The position numbers were made by a program, and so were the translations under genes. DNA of 61,511 nt, filler included, from Chiloscyllium plagiosum (Eukaryota): the NCBI RefSeq assembly GCF_004010195.1. It is 5 parts of one record of this genome, joined end to end, with 100 filler letters (N's around TTAATTAATTAA, not from the genome) between each part and the next. Parts side by side here need not be neighbours in the genome. Positions count along the whole stretch, not along the records: positions 11,268 to 21,508 come from NC_057710.1; positions 21,609 to 39,118 come from NC_057710.1; 3 more parts are not named here. The stretch is one strand, 5' to 3'. The notes below the pieces were generated by a model. The model had not been told where the DNA came from and did no database searches. It was given only the letters and a program-made list of their open reading frames with translations. This document shows positions 11,168 to 23,809 of the stretch, in pieces; position 1 is the stretch's first letter, and each line of letters opens with the position of its first letter.

Positions 11168-11267
11168 NNNNNNNNNNNNNNNNNNNNNNNNNNNNNNNNN
11201 NNNNNNNNNNNTTAATTAATTAANNNNNNNNNNNNNNNNNNNNNNNNNNNNNNNNNNNNNNNNNNNN
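11168..11267. other. Assembly gap with artificial linker (N44-TTAATTAATTAA-N44)
   Basis: Identical 100-bp construct occurs four times in the window. Confidence 0.97.
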
Positions 11268-11361
11268 AGAAGAGAGAAGAAGAGAGAAGAGAAGAAGAGA
11301 GAGAAGAAGAGAGAAGAAGAGAGAAGAAGAGAGGAGAAGAGAGGAGAAGAGAGAGAAGAGA
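11268..11361. repeat. (AAGAG)n-like purine microsatellite
   Basis: Direct observation, adjacent to the gap. Confidence 0.95.
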
Positions 11362-13779
11362 AGGTACCTGATGGGTCAACAACCTTTTGTGTGCCTCGGA
11401 GGAAATCTTTTGCTTCTCTTGAACATGCAAAAGTAAAAATTCAAAATTTTGTGATTCATTTCTCGGCAGTCAGTAGCTTCTTTAAGGAATGCTTGCTAAG
11501 AATTGTCCTCCAAGAATGCTGCACTCCCTCGAAAATCTATTCATTACTGAGTGCAAATGGACAGAGAATGCACAGCTCCCACACCATCCATTTGTAGTTG
11601 AATTTCAAACTGGGGCCCCATAACAGACACTATAACCCAGTTTAGTACTCCAATTTATATAGTGATCAGTCGTACACTTGTTTCACATAAATCCTGCCTG
11701 AATATTGTATCAAATCAAAATAAATTGCATCAATGGGCCTTGGGTAATAATGGAAGACAGGGGTCCACAAATGATTTTCAGTTGCTGGCTTCCTGTTTAA
11801 GCTAAAAACTGGGGTGGTCATGAGATGAATTTCTCCCCATATGTCCAAATATCCTGTTTTCTATGAAAGTACACCCAAATTGCTTTCAGTATTTTAATGA
11901 GAAATCTAGGCAGGAAAGTAAAATTGATCAGGAAGCTATTCCACTGCACCCTGATGCCATATCCAGAACTTATGTTCTGTTCAAAATGCCTAAGCCTAAA
12001 TACAGCCAAAATGATATTTGTCATCACTGCTAGAAATGTGGACCAAGGCAAACAGGTGATTCTGGTACTTTGCTGTCACCATTTTAGGAACTGTTCAATT
12101 ATCCAAGGTGGATGGTAGACCATTAGTAAGTCTAAACTGAAGAGGCCTTAGTTAATAAGATAGTTTATTACATGATAACAGTAAGTGCAGTTTACAAGTT
12201 AGGCATAATTACTAATGACACTCAAGAACTGTACAGAATGCATCTGGTCCATTGGGGGTACTTGAGTGGAAATCAATTGCCTTCATCCAAAGATTCTGCA
12301 ATGTTATCTGACTGAGTAGAGCTAATGCAATTTCTACACCAACTCTTTCAGAATCTTATACAATACCTTATACATTAGAGTTGACAAAGAATTACCCCAA
12401 GACATATTCTGTATCATTTCCATCATTACAATGTGATTGATTGCAATAAGAAAACTGTCAACTCTCAATTTGGCCCTCATTTGACACTTGTTTAAAAGAT
12501 GTCAAGTTAAGCTGACATGACTACTGCTGTGGCAAGGATCTTTCTAGCATAAATAACCTCAGCGCTCACCTGAAATATTTATATGCCCTTGACCTTAAAA
12601 GGTTGCAAAATGTGTTACAGAAACTGTCAGTATAAGCATTATACATTAGGTTAAGTCTAGGAATATAACTGGTGCAGAGTTTCCACAATGCAATGAAGGT
12701 GACACTGAATCGTCAACATTTGCAAAGTCCTGCATGAACAACTAATGCATGTCATTTACGAAAAAGTACAACTCAACTGAATAATTAACCCTATCTCTGG
12801 ATGTTTATTTGGTGTTTCTGACAGCATAACACCCGATTTTAAATCGTAAAAACCCATCCACTTCCAGAAATGTAAAACTGGGACTATTATTTTGGATCGA
12901 TCATTTTGCAAATATAAACATAGATATTAGAGGTAGCTTTATACACTTTCACATCTAGCAATAGCATTCACCATTGACTAACTGGTGAACAAGTCAAAGA
13001 GTAAGCTAAGGAGGAACCCAAACCAATCCTTCGCCTTTCCAATTTTCCAGTTACTATTTTAATGACTGGAAGATTGAGGGAACTGGAAATTTGGCATTGG
13101 TTTACTTGCTGTTTTATCAAGCAAGATTCTAGTCTAATAAAAAACAAAGTGTTCAATAAACTCAGTACATCTGGCAGCATCTGTGGAGAGAGAAACACAC
13201 TTAACTTTTTTAAATAACTGCACAGAGGCCTGATCCTCTCACCCTTTATTTACTAGGACACAGTAGCCAGCTCGGAGTCAATCCTCAACTGAGGAGGACC
13301 TAATCTCCTGGCTATATTTCTTTTTAGAGGAGATTCTAAACCTCATGGTTATTTTTTTTTAAACAGAGGAGATTCTAAATCTCAAGGTTATATACTTTTT
13401 CTTTTTCCTTTTTCTGAAGAGATTTTAATCTCCTAATTTTTTAAAATAAAAATCCCCTGCATTACTGCCAAACAGCAGTAGTGCCTATTTCTCCCCAGTA
13501 CCCATGTTTTGTGTGTGTGTATATGTGTGTTTATATATAGGTGCAGGACACAGTGAAGTAAGATCGGGTGCAGAAAATTTTATTTGTATTCTACCACCAG
13601 GAAGAGAAAACACCCGAGTGGCCAGTGACAAGCAGTGCCCTTCTCTTATCTTCTGGTTAGATTTTTTTTTAAGAAGTGATGCATTGGGCCTTCAAAAACT
13701 TCCCTTTCTTCACTCCATCTCTCACATCTTTCCTGTGTCTCAGTTCTGCATATCTCCATCTCCAACTCAGAATGTCCAA

Positions 13780-13862
13780 AGTTTGGTTGAGTACGAACTA
13801 CAGTGCAGAAAAACCTGCCTAGTTTGGTTGAGTACGAACTACAGTGCAGAAAAACCTGCCTA
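13780..13862 (+). repeat. Perfect 41-bp tandem duplication
   Basis: AGTTTGGTTGAGTACGAACTACAGTGCAGAAAAACCTGCCT occurs twice in tandem. Confidence 0.95.
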
Positions 13863-13866
13863 ACTG

Positions 13867-14075
13867 AAATAACTGCACACAGTCCGGTGCCCCATCACCA
13901 AGTCACCCTTTATTTGCCAATGCACAGTACATTGGCTCTGACCAGCCAGCTCGGAGCCAATTCTCAACTGAGGCAGTTCTAATCTCCTGGTTATATTGGT
14001 TAGCCAAATCTTTCCTGATTGGCCTAGTCAAGAACCTCATAGTTAACAAGGTCAACTTGGTCCCAACCACCACAC
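13867..14075. repeat. LTR-like repeat, partly duplicated at 13211-13315
   Basis: Shared AAATAACTGCACA..TCACCCTTTATTT..GCCAGCTCGGAG..CTCAACTGAGG..CTAATCTCCTGG segments. Confidence 0.55.
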
Positions 14076-14289
14076 TTCTTGAGTCCAATATGATTCCACT
14101 TTGGAGTGTTCCTAAGAATTTCTCCAGAACTTTCTGCTTTTATTTCAGATGTCTTGCTTTGCATTTAAAAATTCTGGGCTATGTGTGTTAACTGAAAATT
14201 GATATATATTAGTATTGGTTGCATTAATAATGTTCATGCATGGTACTTTCATTTACCACATTGCCTCTGGCAATAGACTGAGGCCTGAT

Positions 14290-17200
14290 GGCTTGTTACA
14301 TAATTGAGATGGTACACCTAATTCTGGACACAGCAAGACTAGTTGTGGAGAGGTTTGCCTTTGGTCTTGATCCCTATAATGTTTCTTAGACAACATTTCA
14401 GTTAAGTGAGTTGGAACTCTACAAAGTCTCTGATTCTAATTCAGAGTTGTAGACTTTTTCAGAGCTTTCTATTTGCGAGGTAATTGCTAATTGGAAGTTT
14501 AAACATCCAAAACAATTCCTGGACTGATTATGCATCTTGCAAGGTACATAACAGAAATGACTATCTTTCAATCATAATATGTGGGCCATGTACTTCTCTG
14601 GTTTAGCTCTACCAACAGTCTCAGTGAATAGCTGAACCAGAGCACATTCTGAATCCAATGCCCTGACTACCACAAAATGAATACATTATTTTCTGGATTG
14701 CAGAGGACTGTGGGTATTTCCAACATTATTATTACTAATTGGCATATAAAGTTATTGATGGTGGCAATGAGGCAGTATCTAATGGGAGGTCATTTAATGA
14801 AACCTCCCAGAATATGGTTCAACCAGAGTGGCCACCCAAACAGGAGCCCAAGCAATACAAGTCTTTTGGATACCGGAGAACGAAGAGTAAGCATGTGTGT
14901 TAAACACTAAAACAAATGCATGCGAACCTCTGATTCTTTATGAATTGCTTTTGATGCAGTGGAATCTACTTCACAAAATAACTGGAATACATTTCACAGC
15001 TTTCGAAACCAAGTATACAGTATGGCCACTTCCACTTGTTGAAACTTTATTGCTGGAACAGCACAGCAGGTCAGGCAGCATCCAGGGAACAGGAGATTCG
15101 ACGTTTCGGGCACAGTATGCAATGTAAGTCCAATAGCAATAATTTAAAGTGGATGTCAATATTTGTGATTGTTTGTAAATGTAAATTTGATTCTTTAATT
15201 AACATGGACACTCCAACCCATCTATCTAATTAGTAGAATTGCTGCTATGCAAATTGCACCCGGAAGAGCAAGTAAAAGCAGCACCTAAGATGCTGATTTA
15301 GGCTTAATATCTTAATAATGAAGTTCAAGTATATGTTATGACAATCTACAGAAGCTGATATTTAATTAGAAACTAAGAGATGAATTGCATGTAATTCTGC
15401 ATTATGAACAGAAGTGTTAATTAAGAAAGGAGTAAAGAACAAGGTTTCTATGTTATTAAACAGTTGAATAAGGCATTGTGCACTAACATAATTTTGTGGT
15501 GCGATTCTGTAATAAAAACAAACTCAAACAAAAAGATGATTAGATTGAACGAACACAGATATTCTAGATATAGAAAATAAACAATCCAAAAATAGTCTTT
15601 GTGGTGAATCGTACCTCTTTTTCCACATAATTTAAATAAGTTTGATCCGTTTGGGTGACACTGCAGGTTCTGCTCTGTGCCACCGAAATGGCAAATCATC
15701 AACATTCCAGAATATCCATCCATTTTCATATTCAAATATTTCTATGATTGGCTGCCTATTTTCATGGTCCCCAAAATGAAATGTTCTCACCATGCCATTG
15801 AAATTTGATCATTAAATGCCAATATAATCTCCAAACCAAGCCTTTGAAAATCTTGTGGAAGTAGAGCAGGATGGAACTTCCACATACTCAATTACATGTA
15901 ATCAGAGTGGATCTTTAATTCTGGGTTGAATCCAAGTTAGATTGGCACCCATTCCATTTATGGAGTCACAAGAGAGCTCTCAAGTGAGGAACTTCATTAT
16001 GGACGATGCCTCTATGTTTTGCTCGATACATTTGCTGCTGTTAACATTCATAAAATATTAAAAAAAGAGCTTTACTTCTTACGTGGATTCATCAAAACAG
16101 CCAATCACTTTGGTGTTGTTCTGAATGTTCTTTGAATATACAAATTCCCCATACATAGCCATCGTAAGTGCACACCAGCATCTCAAGTACTTTTTGCAAC
16201 TGATGCATTTAATGAGGAATGTGAATTATTTAAACTTTACTGTAATTCATAGGAGGTTTCAATGCTGGACATGCTGCAATTTGATGACTTGAACAATAGA
16301 ACAGTCCTCGCCTTAAATTTTGCACTCATGTCAACTCCAGACATTACAATCTTGCCTTTTAAAAAGCAGGAACTTTGTGGTTCTGTTATTTACAGAGCAA
16401 TTTTTGGAACTTAATGCATCCAAATCTTATTATAGTTAAATATAGTATCGGATGGTTGTTCATAATCTTAAAACTGTAACCGAAATTTAACATCGTGATG
16501 AAGACATCAATTGTTTATTTCTTTTTGCCCAAAATATTTAGTACATTACCTACATCCTTGATTATATTGTAATTCAGTGAGATTCCATTATTACTAATTG
16601 CTATATTTATTATAAGAGCAGTAAGTGAATGTTGTTTCTCCAAAACCACCTTAATGACTGCACTCTCATGCTTCAAAAGGAATGGAATTTCCAGTGAGCA
16701 CATCTGGGAAATTGCAGCTCGGAGTGCAACCTATATTGTCTAACTATCAAAATGAATGAACAGAAAATCCTGGACCATGCAATCCAATGTGCTTGCTGCA
16801 GGCCCTGCTGGCTACTTGATGGTGGAAGTATTCAAAAAGTGTTACTAAATTCCAAAATCATTTACACAAGTATATAGCAATCCTGTGCAAACTTACACAA
16901 TTGCCTCAGGGGATGACTGGAAACAGTTTTATTGAATAGACTTAAATAAACTAACCACTGAAATTAACATTCTCCCTTATATCTGCATGATAAAATAGTA
17001 AAGATGTAATTAACAAGCACAGAAATATTGACACATCAGCACTCGGGAATTCAGATGAATCGATACAAAAAACATGTGAAAACGTTCTTCTATTTGGCAA
17101 CATTTTGTAGATAAATAGATCGATTCAAACACAAAGCATTACTTTAAGGAGAATTGCACTGATTCGGAAATAAACTACCAAGTGGTGATCTTCCACAACA

Positions 17201-17450
17201 CTGGTTGCAGTGAGACAAGAGATAGATGGTGGACTCTCCATTTTGGACAGAACTATCAATTCAGTCACTCAACATGGTGCTAGTTTTGAGAAGTATTGTT
17301 TTGTATTGGAATTTCCACTCAAACATATTTGATAATATTGTACATAAAATCTGCCATGAACCAGTGCAACGGGCAGTGCTTTACAACAGGTTTTGCAAAC
17401 TTCTGGCTTTAAAGTTTCCCGAATATATTTAGGAGGGGTAACTTGGTACA
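14290..17450 (+). mobile_element. Possible very ancient Gypsy pol relic
   Basis: Scattered motif-like peptides in pol order: VHLILDTA (~14310), FIMDDASMF (~15995), FATDAF (~16195), THQHSGI..KTFFY (~17030-17095) and CNGQCFTTGFANF (~17365-17400). Confidence 0.35.
15037..15113 (-). mobile_element. PLE pseudo-LTR fragment (family A) with truncated hammerhead
   Basis: Near-identical to 38622-38698. Ends at GACGTTTCGGGCACAG, before the CUGANGA half. Confidence 0.8.
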
Positions 17451-17914
17451 TTTATTTTAAAAAAAGATTGTCGTGGAGCCAGGGCTATCCCTAAAATGTT
17501 GTCCAGCTTCATGTAACACCCTCCATCTGAAACCAGCAACGTACCCATTTCATGCTATTGTTAATTAGTTTTATTGTCAAACTTGCCAGCAGAATTTAAA
17601 TGAGGTCTGAACCTGAAAACAATTCAGGCTTTCTGACTGTAGCCTTGGATGGGTACTGGGGTAAACCATCAACTTCACACTTGTTCAATGTTAAAAGTTG
17701 CAAATCTTCCTGTGTATCCATGACCATGGAAATGCCTGGCATTCCTTAAAAATGACTTGGAATGTAACAGAGTAAATTATGCAAAGTTCTTCTATTTAAC
17801 CACACATGTCTCAGTGATTCAATGATTTGTGGCATAGTTAGATTGCTTTTTTTCTTTTCACCAATTTCATCAGTAAATTTTCTCAAGGCACCCAAGTGGT
17901 CATTATTTACAATG

Positions 17915-18112
17915 ATTTGGAGATGCCGGTGTTGGACTGGGGTGTACAAAGTTAAAAATCACACAACACCAGGTTATAGTCCAACAGGGTTAATTGGAAG
18001 CACACTAGCTTTCGGAGCGATGCTCCTTCATCAGGTGATAGTGGAGGGCTCGATCGTAACACAGAATTCTGTGTTATGATCGAGCCCTCCACTATCACCT
18101 GATGAAGGAGCG
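17915..18112. mobile_element. PLE-like terminal fragment (family C) ending in a 90-bp palindrome
   Basis: 18022-18111 is self-complementary about GAATTC (18064-18069) with one G-T mismatch, and contains a hammerhead core. Confidence 0.75.
18006..18034 (-). ncRNA. Minimal hammerhead ribozyme motif (PLE family C)
   Basis: Minus strand reads CAC-CTGATGA-A-GGAGC-ATC-GCTCC-GAAAGCTA-GTG: stem I CAC/GTG, 5-bp stem II, palindromic AGCT and CUA triplet. Confidence 0.75.
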
Positions 18113-18305
18113 TCCTCACCACAATAACAGTTGCCTCAGGAGCCCTGGGCAACGATCAAGAATGGCAACTCTGGACAATCTTTCCTCACTAACCTGGAAA
18201 GGCCAATTTTAGTACACTTACTAACTTAGCTTTAATACAGATCAAAGTGCTGCTCCAATGGTTGAAATTCTTACTAAGTAAATTGGAGGAAATAATTAAT
18301 GTTTT

Positions 18306-18581
18306 TAGATTACACAGTGTGTAAACAGGCCCTTCGGCCCAACTAGTCCACACCGACCCTCTGAAGAGCAACCCACCCAGACCCGTTCCCATACAGTTAC
18401 CCCTTCACCTAACATGCACATTTTTGGACTGTGGGAGGAAACCGGAGCACCTGGAGGAAACCCACACAGACACGAGGGGAATGTGCAAACTCCACTCAGA
18501 CAGTTGCCGGAGGCGGGAATTGAACCCGGGTCTCTAGCGCTGTGAGGCAGCAGTGCTAACCACTGTACCACCGTGCCGCCC
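18306..18581 (-). mobile_element. HE1-type V-SINE
   Basis: Head GGGCGGCACGGTGG on minus, V-domain and tail, with a small internal deletion. Confidence 0.92.
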
Positions 18582-19104
18582 AATAATGTTATAATGTTTA
18601 AAATTATTGGGGCAATGTAGGAAATGACAAAATAAAAAAAATGATAATGCATTGTATTTCTTGAACAGGTTCAACTTTAAGAAACTTTTTTGTGCTTCCT
18701 AGCTGCATACGAAGAAAATGGGTACAAAAACAGCAAGAAAGGAGCAGAAAATCAAAACTTTCAATGATGATTTTGTGAATTAAGAGTTGAAATATTAAGT
18801 ACTTATCGTGAGGTAACAGTTTAGAAATAAGTATCGAATCAAATTACATTGGTATACAATAAATAAGGCACTGAAATTTAAAAATTAATTTCATTGTGTT
18901 AAGAGGGATATTGGCCTGGATTTTGCATCCATAGATTTTGCCTTTAGAGAAACAAGGACACTCTTCAATGACCTCAAAGAAAGTTGCAGTGAAAGCTTTC
19001 GCAATCTCTATGGTGAGAATCATAATCTTTCAATATGTAATTGACCGTCACATAGTTTATTGCAGATTCACACGTCAAGCTGAACGAAAGCCATCTATCT
19101 GTGT

Positions 19105-19640
19105 ACTGTGCAGAGTTCTGGTCACCACATCATCAAAAGGATGTGGACACTTTGGAGAGGGTGCAGAGAAGGTTTGAGGATGTTACCTGGTACGGAAGGT
19201 TGAGTAGGAGAGAGGTTGAGTAGGTTAGGATTGTTTTCATTAGAAAAAGGAGGTTGAGGGGGCACCTGAATGAGGTCTACAAAATCATGAAGGGTATAGA
19301 CAGGGTGGATAGAGATAAGCTTTTTCCCAGGTTGAGGGATTCAATAACAAGAGGTCACGCGTTCAAGGTGACAGGTGAAAAGTTTAAAAGGGATACATGT
19401 GGAAAGTACTTTATACAGAGGGTAGTAGGTACCTGGAATGCGTTACCAGCAGAGGTGGTAGGGGCAGGCAAGGTAGATTCATTTAAGGTGCGTCTGGACA
19501 GATGCATGAGTAGGTGGGGAGCAGAGGGGTACAGATCCTTAGGAATTGGGCAATAGGTTTAGACGGTGGATTTGGATCAGCACAAGCTTGGAGGGCCGAA
19601 GGGCTTGCTCCTGGGCTATAAATTTTCTTTTCTCTTTGTT
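19105..19640 (+). mobile_element. CR1 LINE 3' fragment
   Basis: LRGHLNEVYKIMKGIDRVDRDKLFP..TRGHAFKV..FIQRVVGTWNALP. Confidence 0.9.
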
Positions 19641-20519
19641 CTATCTGCAGAAGTAGCTAATCACATTAAAGAATTCTTACAGAAAGCCAATTAGAAGATG
19701 AAAATGTTGCAGAGAGCAAAGTAAAAATTGGCATCCAGAAGCTTAATCAAAGAGGTAGGTTTTAAGGAACATCTTAAATGCTATTTACACCTCTGCAACA
19801 CTGCATATCTTTAGCTCATTTCAATTGATCTGCTATTGTGTTATGCATGCATTTCTTCCCTCTAGACATCACTATAGTAATGCATTATTGGGCTCGTCTC
19901 CCACATTCTACTCACCACAAACTTAAGAACATCCAAAGCAGTGTGGACCATTACTTAGCATGCACAAAATCTCAATCATCTATCACCTCTAAGTTGCAGA
20001 CTTAAACTGGTGCTAGGTCAAGCAACCTCTTTCATCAAAGTCCAATGTCCCCATCACTTCACTCCTTTCTCTCTTTGTATTCTCCTCCAGACACCAGAAA
20101 CCTCTAAAATATCTGGACTCATGTACATCCGCAAATGTGTAAGATTTGGATTGCACTCTTTACATCCCTGCACCTCTCTACTTTACTTTCCTCTTTATTC
20201 CGTGCTTAAAGCCTACATCTTTGTCCATGCTTTAATGATTTAATTTATGTAATTTATATTTTGCTTAATAACGCTCCTGTGATATGCCTTGGTCATTGTA
20301 TTACATTAAGGTTGCGATATAAAATAAGATGTTGTTGTTGGAAGGAGAGCCAGTCGGTTTTAGCAAGGCTATTCAGGTGCTTGGGGACTTGGTAGTTGAA
20401 AATTAAGCCACTAGCTTAAAATAATTGAAATTAAGGATGTGCAAAAGGCCAGAATTAGAGGAATGCAGATACTTTGAGGGCTTGTAGAGCTGCAAAAGAT
20501 GACAGAGAGAGAGCGAAGA

Positions 20520-20688
20520 GGGACTGGATAGGAGAGTTGGATAGAGCTCTTAAGGATAGTGGAATAAAGGGTTATGGGGATAAGGCAGGAACAGGATACG
20601 GATTGAGGATGATCAGCCATGATCATAATGAATGGTGGTGCTGGCTCGAAGGGCAGAATGGCCTACTCCTGCACCTATTGTCTATTGA
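20520..20688 (+). mobile_element. CR1 LINE 3' terminal fragment
   Basis: Near-identical to 33470-33642 and ends CTATTGTCTATTG. Confidence 0.88.
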
Positions 20689-21251
20689 CTGGACTATGGA
20701 AAGATTGGAAAAACAAGGATGAGAATTTTAAAACAGAGGCACTGCTGCACTGGGATCCAGTGAGGTCAGCAAACACAGACATGATGGAGAAATGGGATTT
20801 GATGGGAGATAAGATGCCTACACATCAATTCAATACCTCTGACATAATCGCCACCAGCTGTGACATTTTGACATTTCAGGCCACCTTTGTTATAAGGTGA
20901 CAGGACATAACATTTTAACATAGTTGCAAAACATAAAACATATTATAGTGATTGGTGACATTCATCAATGTAAGAAGCCACCAAAATATAACAATTTAAC
21001 ATGGTAGGTGAGCAAGCTGCACTGGTCTCCAAGCTAAGAATAAGATAATTTATAAACAGAAATTGCTGGAAAAGCTCATCTGGTCTGGCAGCATCTGCAA
21101 CCGTTCTTTTGGTTTTACAGGATAAGTTGTGATGTATATTATGAATTTGGTATTGAAGTACATGCTTCACCTGCACTCCAATTTATCAATCTATGGAGGA
21201 GACATCACAAAGGGCAGTTGTTTGGAAAAGCAAGATCATTGAAAGGGTTTT

Positions 21252-22035
21252 GACAATAGACAATAGGTGCAGGAGAAGGCCATTCTGCCCTTTGAGCCTG
21301 CCCCACCATTCAATATGATCATTGCTAATCATCCTTAATCAGTATTCTGTTCCTGCCTTATCTCCATAACCCTTGATTCCACTATCTTTGAGAGCTCTAT
21401 CCAACTCTTTCTTAAATGAATCCAGAGACTGGGTCTCCACTGCCCTCTGGAGCAGAGCACTCCACACAGCCACCACTCTCTGGGTGAAGATGTTTCTCCT
21501 CATCTCTGNNNNNNNNNNNNNNNNNNNNNNNNNNNNNNNNNNNNNNNNNNNNTTAATTAATTAANNNNNNNNNNNNNNNNNNNNNNNNNNNNNNNNNNNN
21601 NNNNNNNNTTCTTCACCCTTCCTTTCTGAGTAACGGGGACAGGCTCCGTGCCAGAGGCCTGAACCCCATTGCTTACCCCTGGTAAGTCATCCCCCCCACA
21701 AGTATCCAAAACGGTATACTTGTTCTTGAGGGGAACGGCCGCAGGGGGTCCCTGCACTGGCTGCTTCCTCCCAGTCCCCCTCACTGTCACCCATCTATCT
21801 GCCATCTTTGGAGTTACTACTTCCCTATAACTCTGATCTATGACCCCCTCTGCCTCCCGAATGATCCTAAGTTCATCCAACTCCAGCTCCAGTTCCCTAA
21901 CACGGTCTTGGAGGAGCTGGAGATGGGTGCACTTCCTGCAAGTGTAATCGGCAGGGACGTCCATGGCATCCCTCACCTCATACATGTTGCAGGAGGAACA
22001 TTGCACTGCCTTCACTGCCATCCCTCTAAAGCTAA
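21252..22035 (-). mobile_element. Young, probably near full-length CR1 spanning a gap: ORF1 start (22021-21609) and 3' end (21508-21252)
   Basis: ORF1 begins MAVKAVQCSSCNMYEV..YTCRKCTHLQLLQDRVRELELELDEL (C4 zinc finger plus leucine zipper). 3' UTR with (CTATTGT)n tail lies on the same strand across the gap. Confidence 0.85.
21509..21608. other. Assembly gap with TTAATTAATTAA linker
   Basis: Direct observation. Confidence 0.97.
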
Positions 22036-22800
22036 CTTTTATTTAGGATGTTGCATTGTGTGAAGGAACAGGGCATTCTGCTGATAAACTGTTTTCCAAT
22101 TAGCACCCTTGCAACTAAATTACTCCATTTTTAGAAACATTGTATTTTCCCATTTCTTAATCAGTGTCATTGTGCAGTATTACTATAAAACTGGTCTCAT
22201 CCTCAGCTCTGGGAGAAATCAAATTCTCTGTGCAGACTGTCAGTTCTGTGTCAGCTAGTCTGTTTTCTCCTCCAGTGATATCACTTGCAATAAACGGTTT
22301 GTCAATTTGACTTTGAGCTGTGTTTTGTGATCTCTAACCTATTGGGCAAATTTCTCCGACAGTAACATTGAATAACAAGATGAATAAGATGACATATGCC
22401 CTGCAGATCCTGCCCAATTACATCCATATTTGGCCTCAGGATTAAGTATTATTTGGGGATCATCATTCGCACACCTATCCACTATAGGCAACACTGCTGA
22501 AGTAAAAGGCCTTCCAAAATTTTTATAAGATTATGTAAGTACTCTGAAATAATGCTGGAATTTGGAAGCTATTACTATGATATATAAATTATCTAATTTT
22601 GTTGCTTCTGCTGCACAGTTGAGGAATAGATAAGAGAAAGCATATTATATTCTTGTGAAAATTTTGATAGATGGCTCCTCCTTAGAAGACATAACAATCA
22701 GTACTTCTTCCCACAAAAACATTGTTCTCACTCATCTCCTCCCCTTAGCACGATGAAGAAAAGAAATGCTAAAGGGACATCATTTTCACACATCATGATT

Positions 22801-22998
22801 AGGGTCCCAGGTTCGATTCCAGCTTCGGGCAACTGTCTGTGTGGAGTTTGCACATTCTCCCTGTGTCTGTGTGGGTTTCCTCTGGGTGCTCCCACAGTCC
22901 AAAGATGTGCAGGTCAGGTGAACTGGCCATGTTAAATTGCCATTAGTGTAAGGTGCATTGGTCAGAGGGAAATGGGTCTGGGTGGGTTACTCTTCAGA
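22801..22998 (+). mobile_element. HE1-type SINE, truncated
   Basis: B box GGTTCGATTCC and partial V-domain; head missing. Confidence 0.85.
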
Positions 22999-23135
22999 GT
23001 CTAGATTAGAGTGGTGCTGGAAAAGCACAGCAGTTCGGGTAGCATCCGAGGAGCAGTAAAATCAACATTTCGGGCAAAAGCCCTTCATCAGGAATTAAGG
23101 CAGAGTCTGAAGGGTGGAGAGATAAATGAGAGGAG
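22999..23135 (-). mobile_element. PLE pseudo-LTR fragment (family A) with CpG-decayed hammerhead at 23064-23091
   Basis: Minus strand reads CTGATGAAGGGCTTTTGCCCGAAATGTTG. Confidence 0.8.
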
Positions 23136-23184
23136 ATCTGAATTATCCTTACTGAATAATACTATATCTTCCCAATAACTTCAC

Positions 23185-23455
23185 AATCATACAATCCATA
23201 CAATGCAGAGAGAGGCCCATCAAGTCTGCACCAACCTTTCAAAGAGCATTTTACCCAATCTCCATAGCCTCACATTTATCATGGTTAACCTGCACATCTT
23301 TAAATTGTGGGACGAACGGGAGGACCTGAAGGAAACCCAAGCAGACATGGGGAGAACATGAAAACTCCAAACAGACAGTTGCCCAAGGTTGGAATCGAAC
23401 CGGGCTTCCTGGCACTGTGAGACAGCACTGCTAGCCACTATGCCACTGCGCTGTC
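23185..23455 (-). mobile_element. Diverged HE1-type SINE
   Basis: Degenerate head, B box and V-domain on the minus strand. Confidence 0.8.
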
Positions 23456-23809
23456 CGTACACTGTGCCTCCATACCTGAATGCAGTGATTCCTTTTTATC
23501 ATCATCTTTATCATACACAATGTTGATGAAAATGATGATAAATAGAGAACACTGTATTCAGGTCTCTTTGATTACAGAACAGTTGTAATTGTTTACTTCG
23601 TAAAAGCAGCATTTTCAGTTGGAGTTTTAAAGACAAACATTGAGTTCCGGCTTGAAATTAGCATGAGGGAAGCCTGCATGGTTTACAAAACCAATCTCAC
23701 AAAATAACAAGACAATCAAAAATTCTTAATCTCAGATTATTACTGACTCTTTTTTATTTGGAAGGAATGCTATCACAGATTTTGAGCAAGCACTATTAAT
23801 TTAAGATGG

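Noticed and set aside
11212..11223. TTAATTAATTAA palindrome repeated four times (also at 21553, 39163 and 54320)
   Set aside because: Always centred in an exact 100-bp N block and gives stops in all six frames, so it is a scaffolding linker rather than biology.
22157..22333. 58-codon open minus-strand frame (RSQNTAQ..HNDTD*) as a terminal exon
   Set aside because: The acceptor lacks a polypyrimidine tract, no homology is recognised, and the length is within chance.
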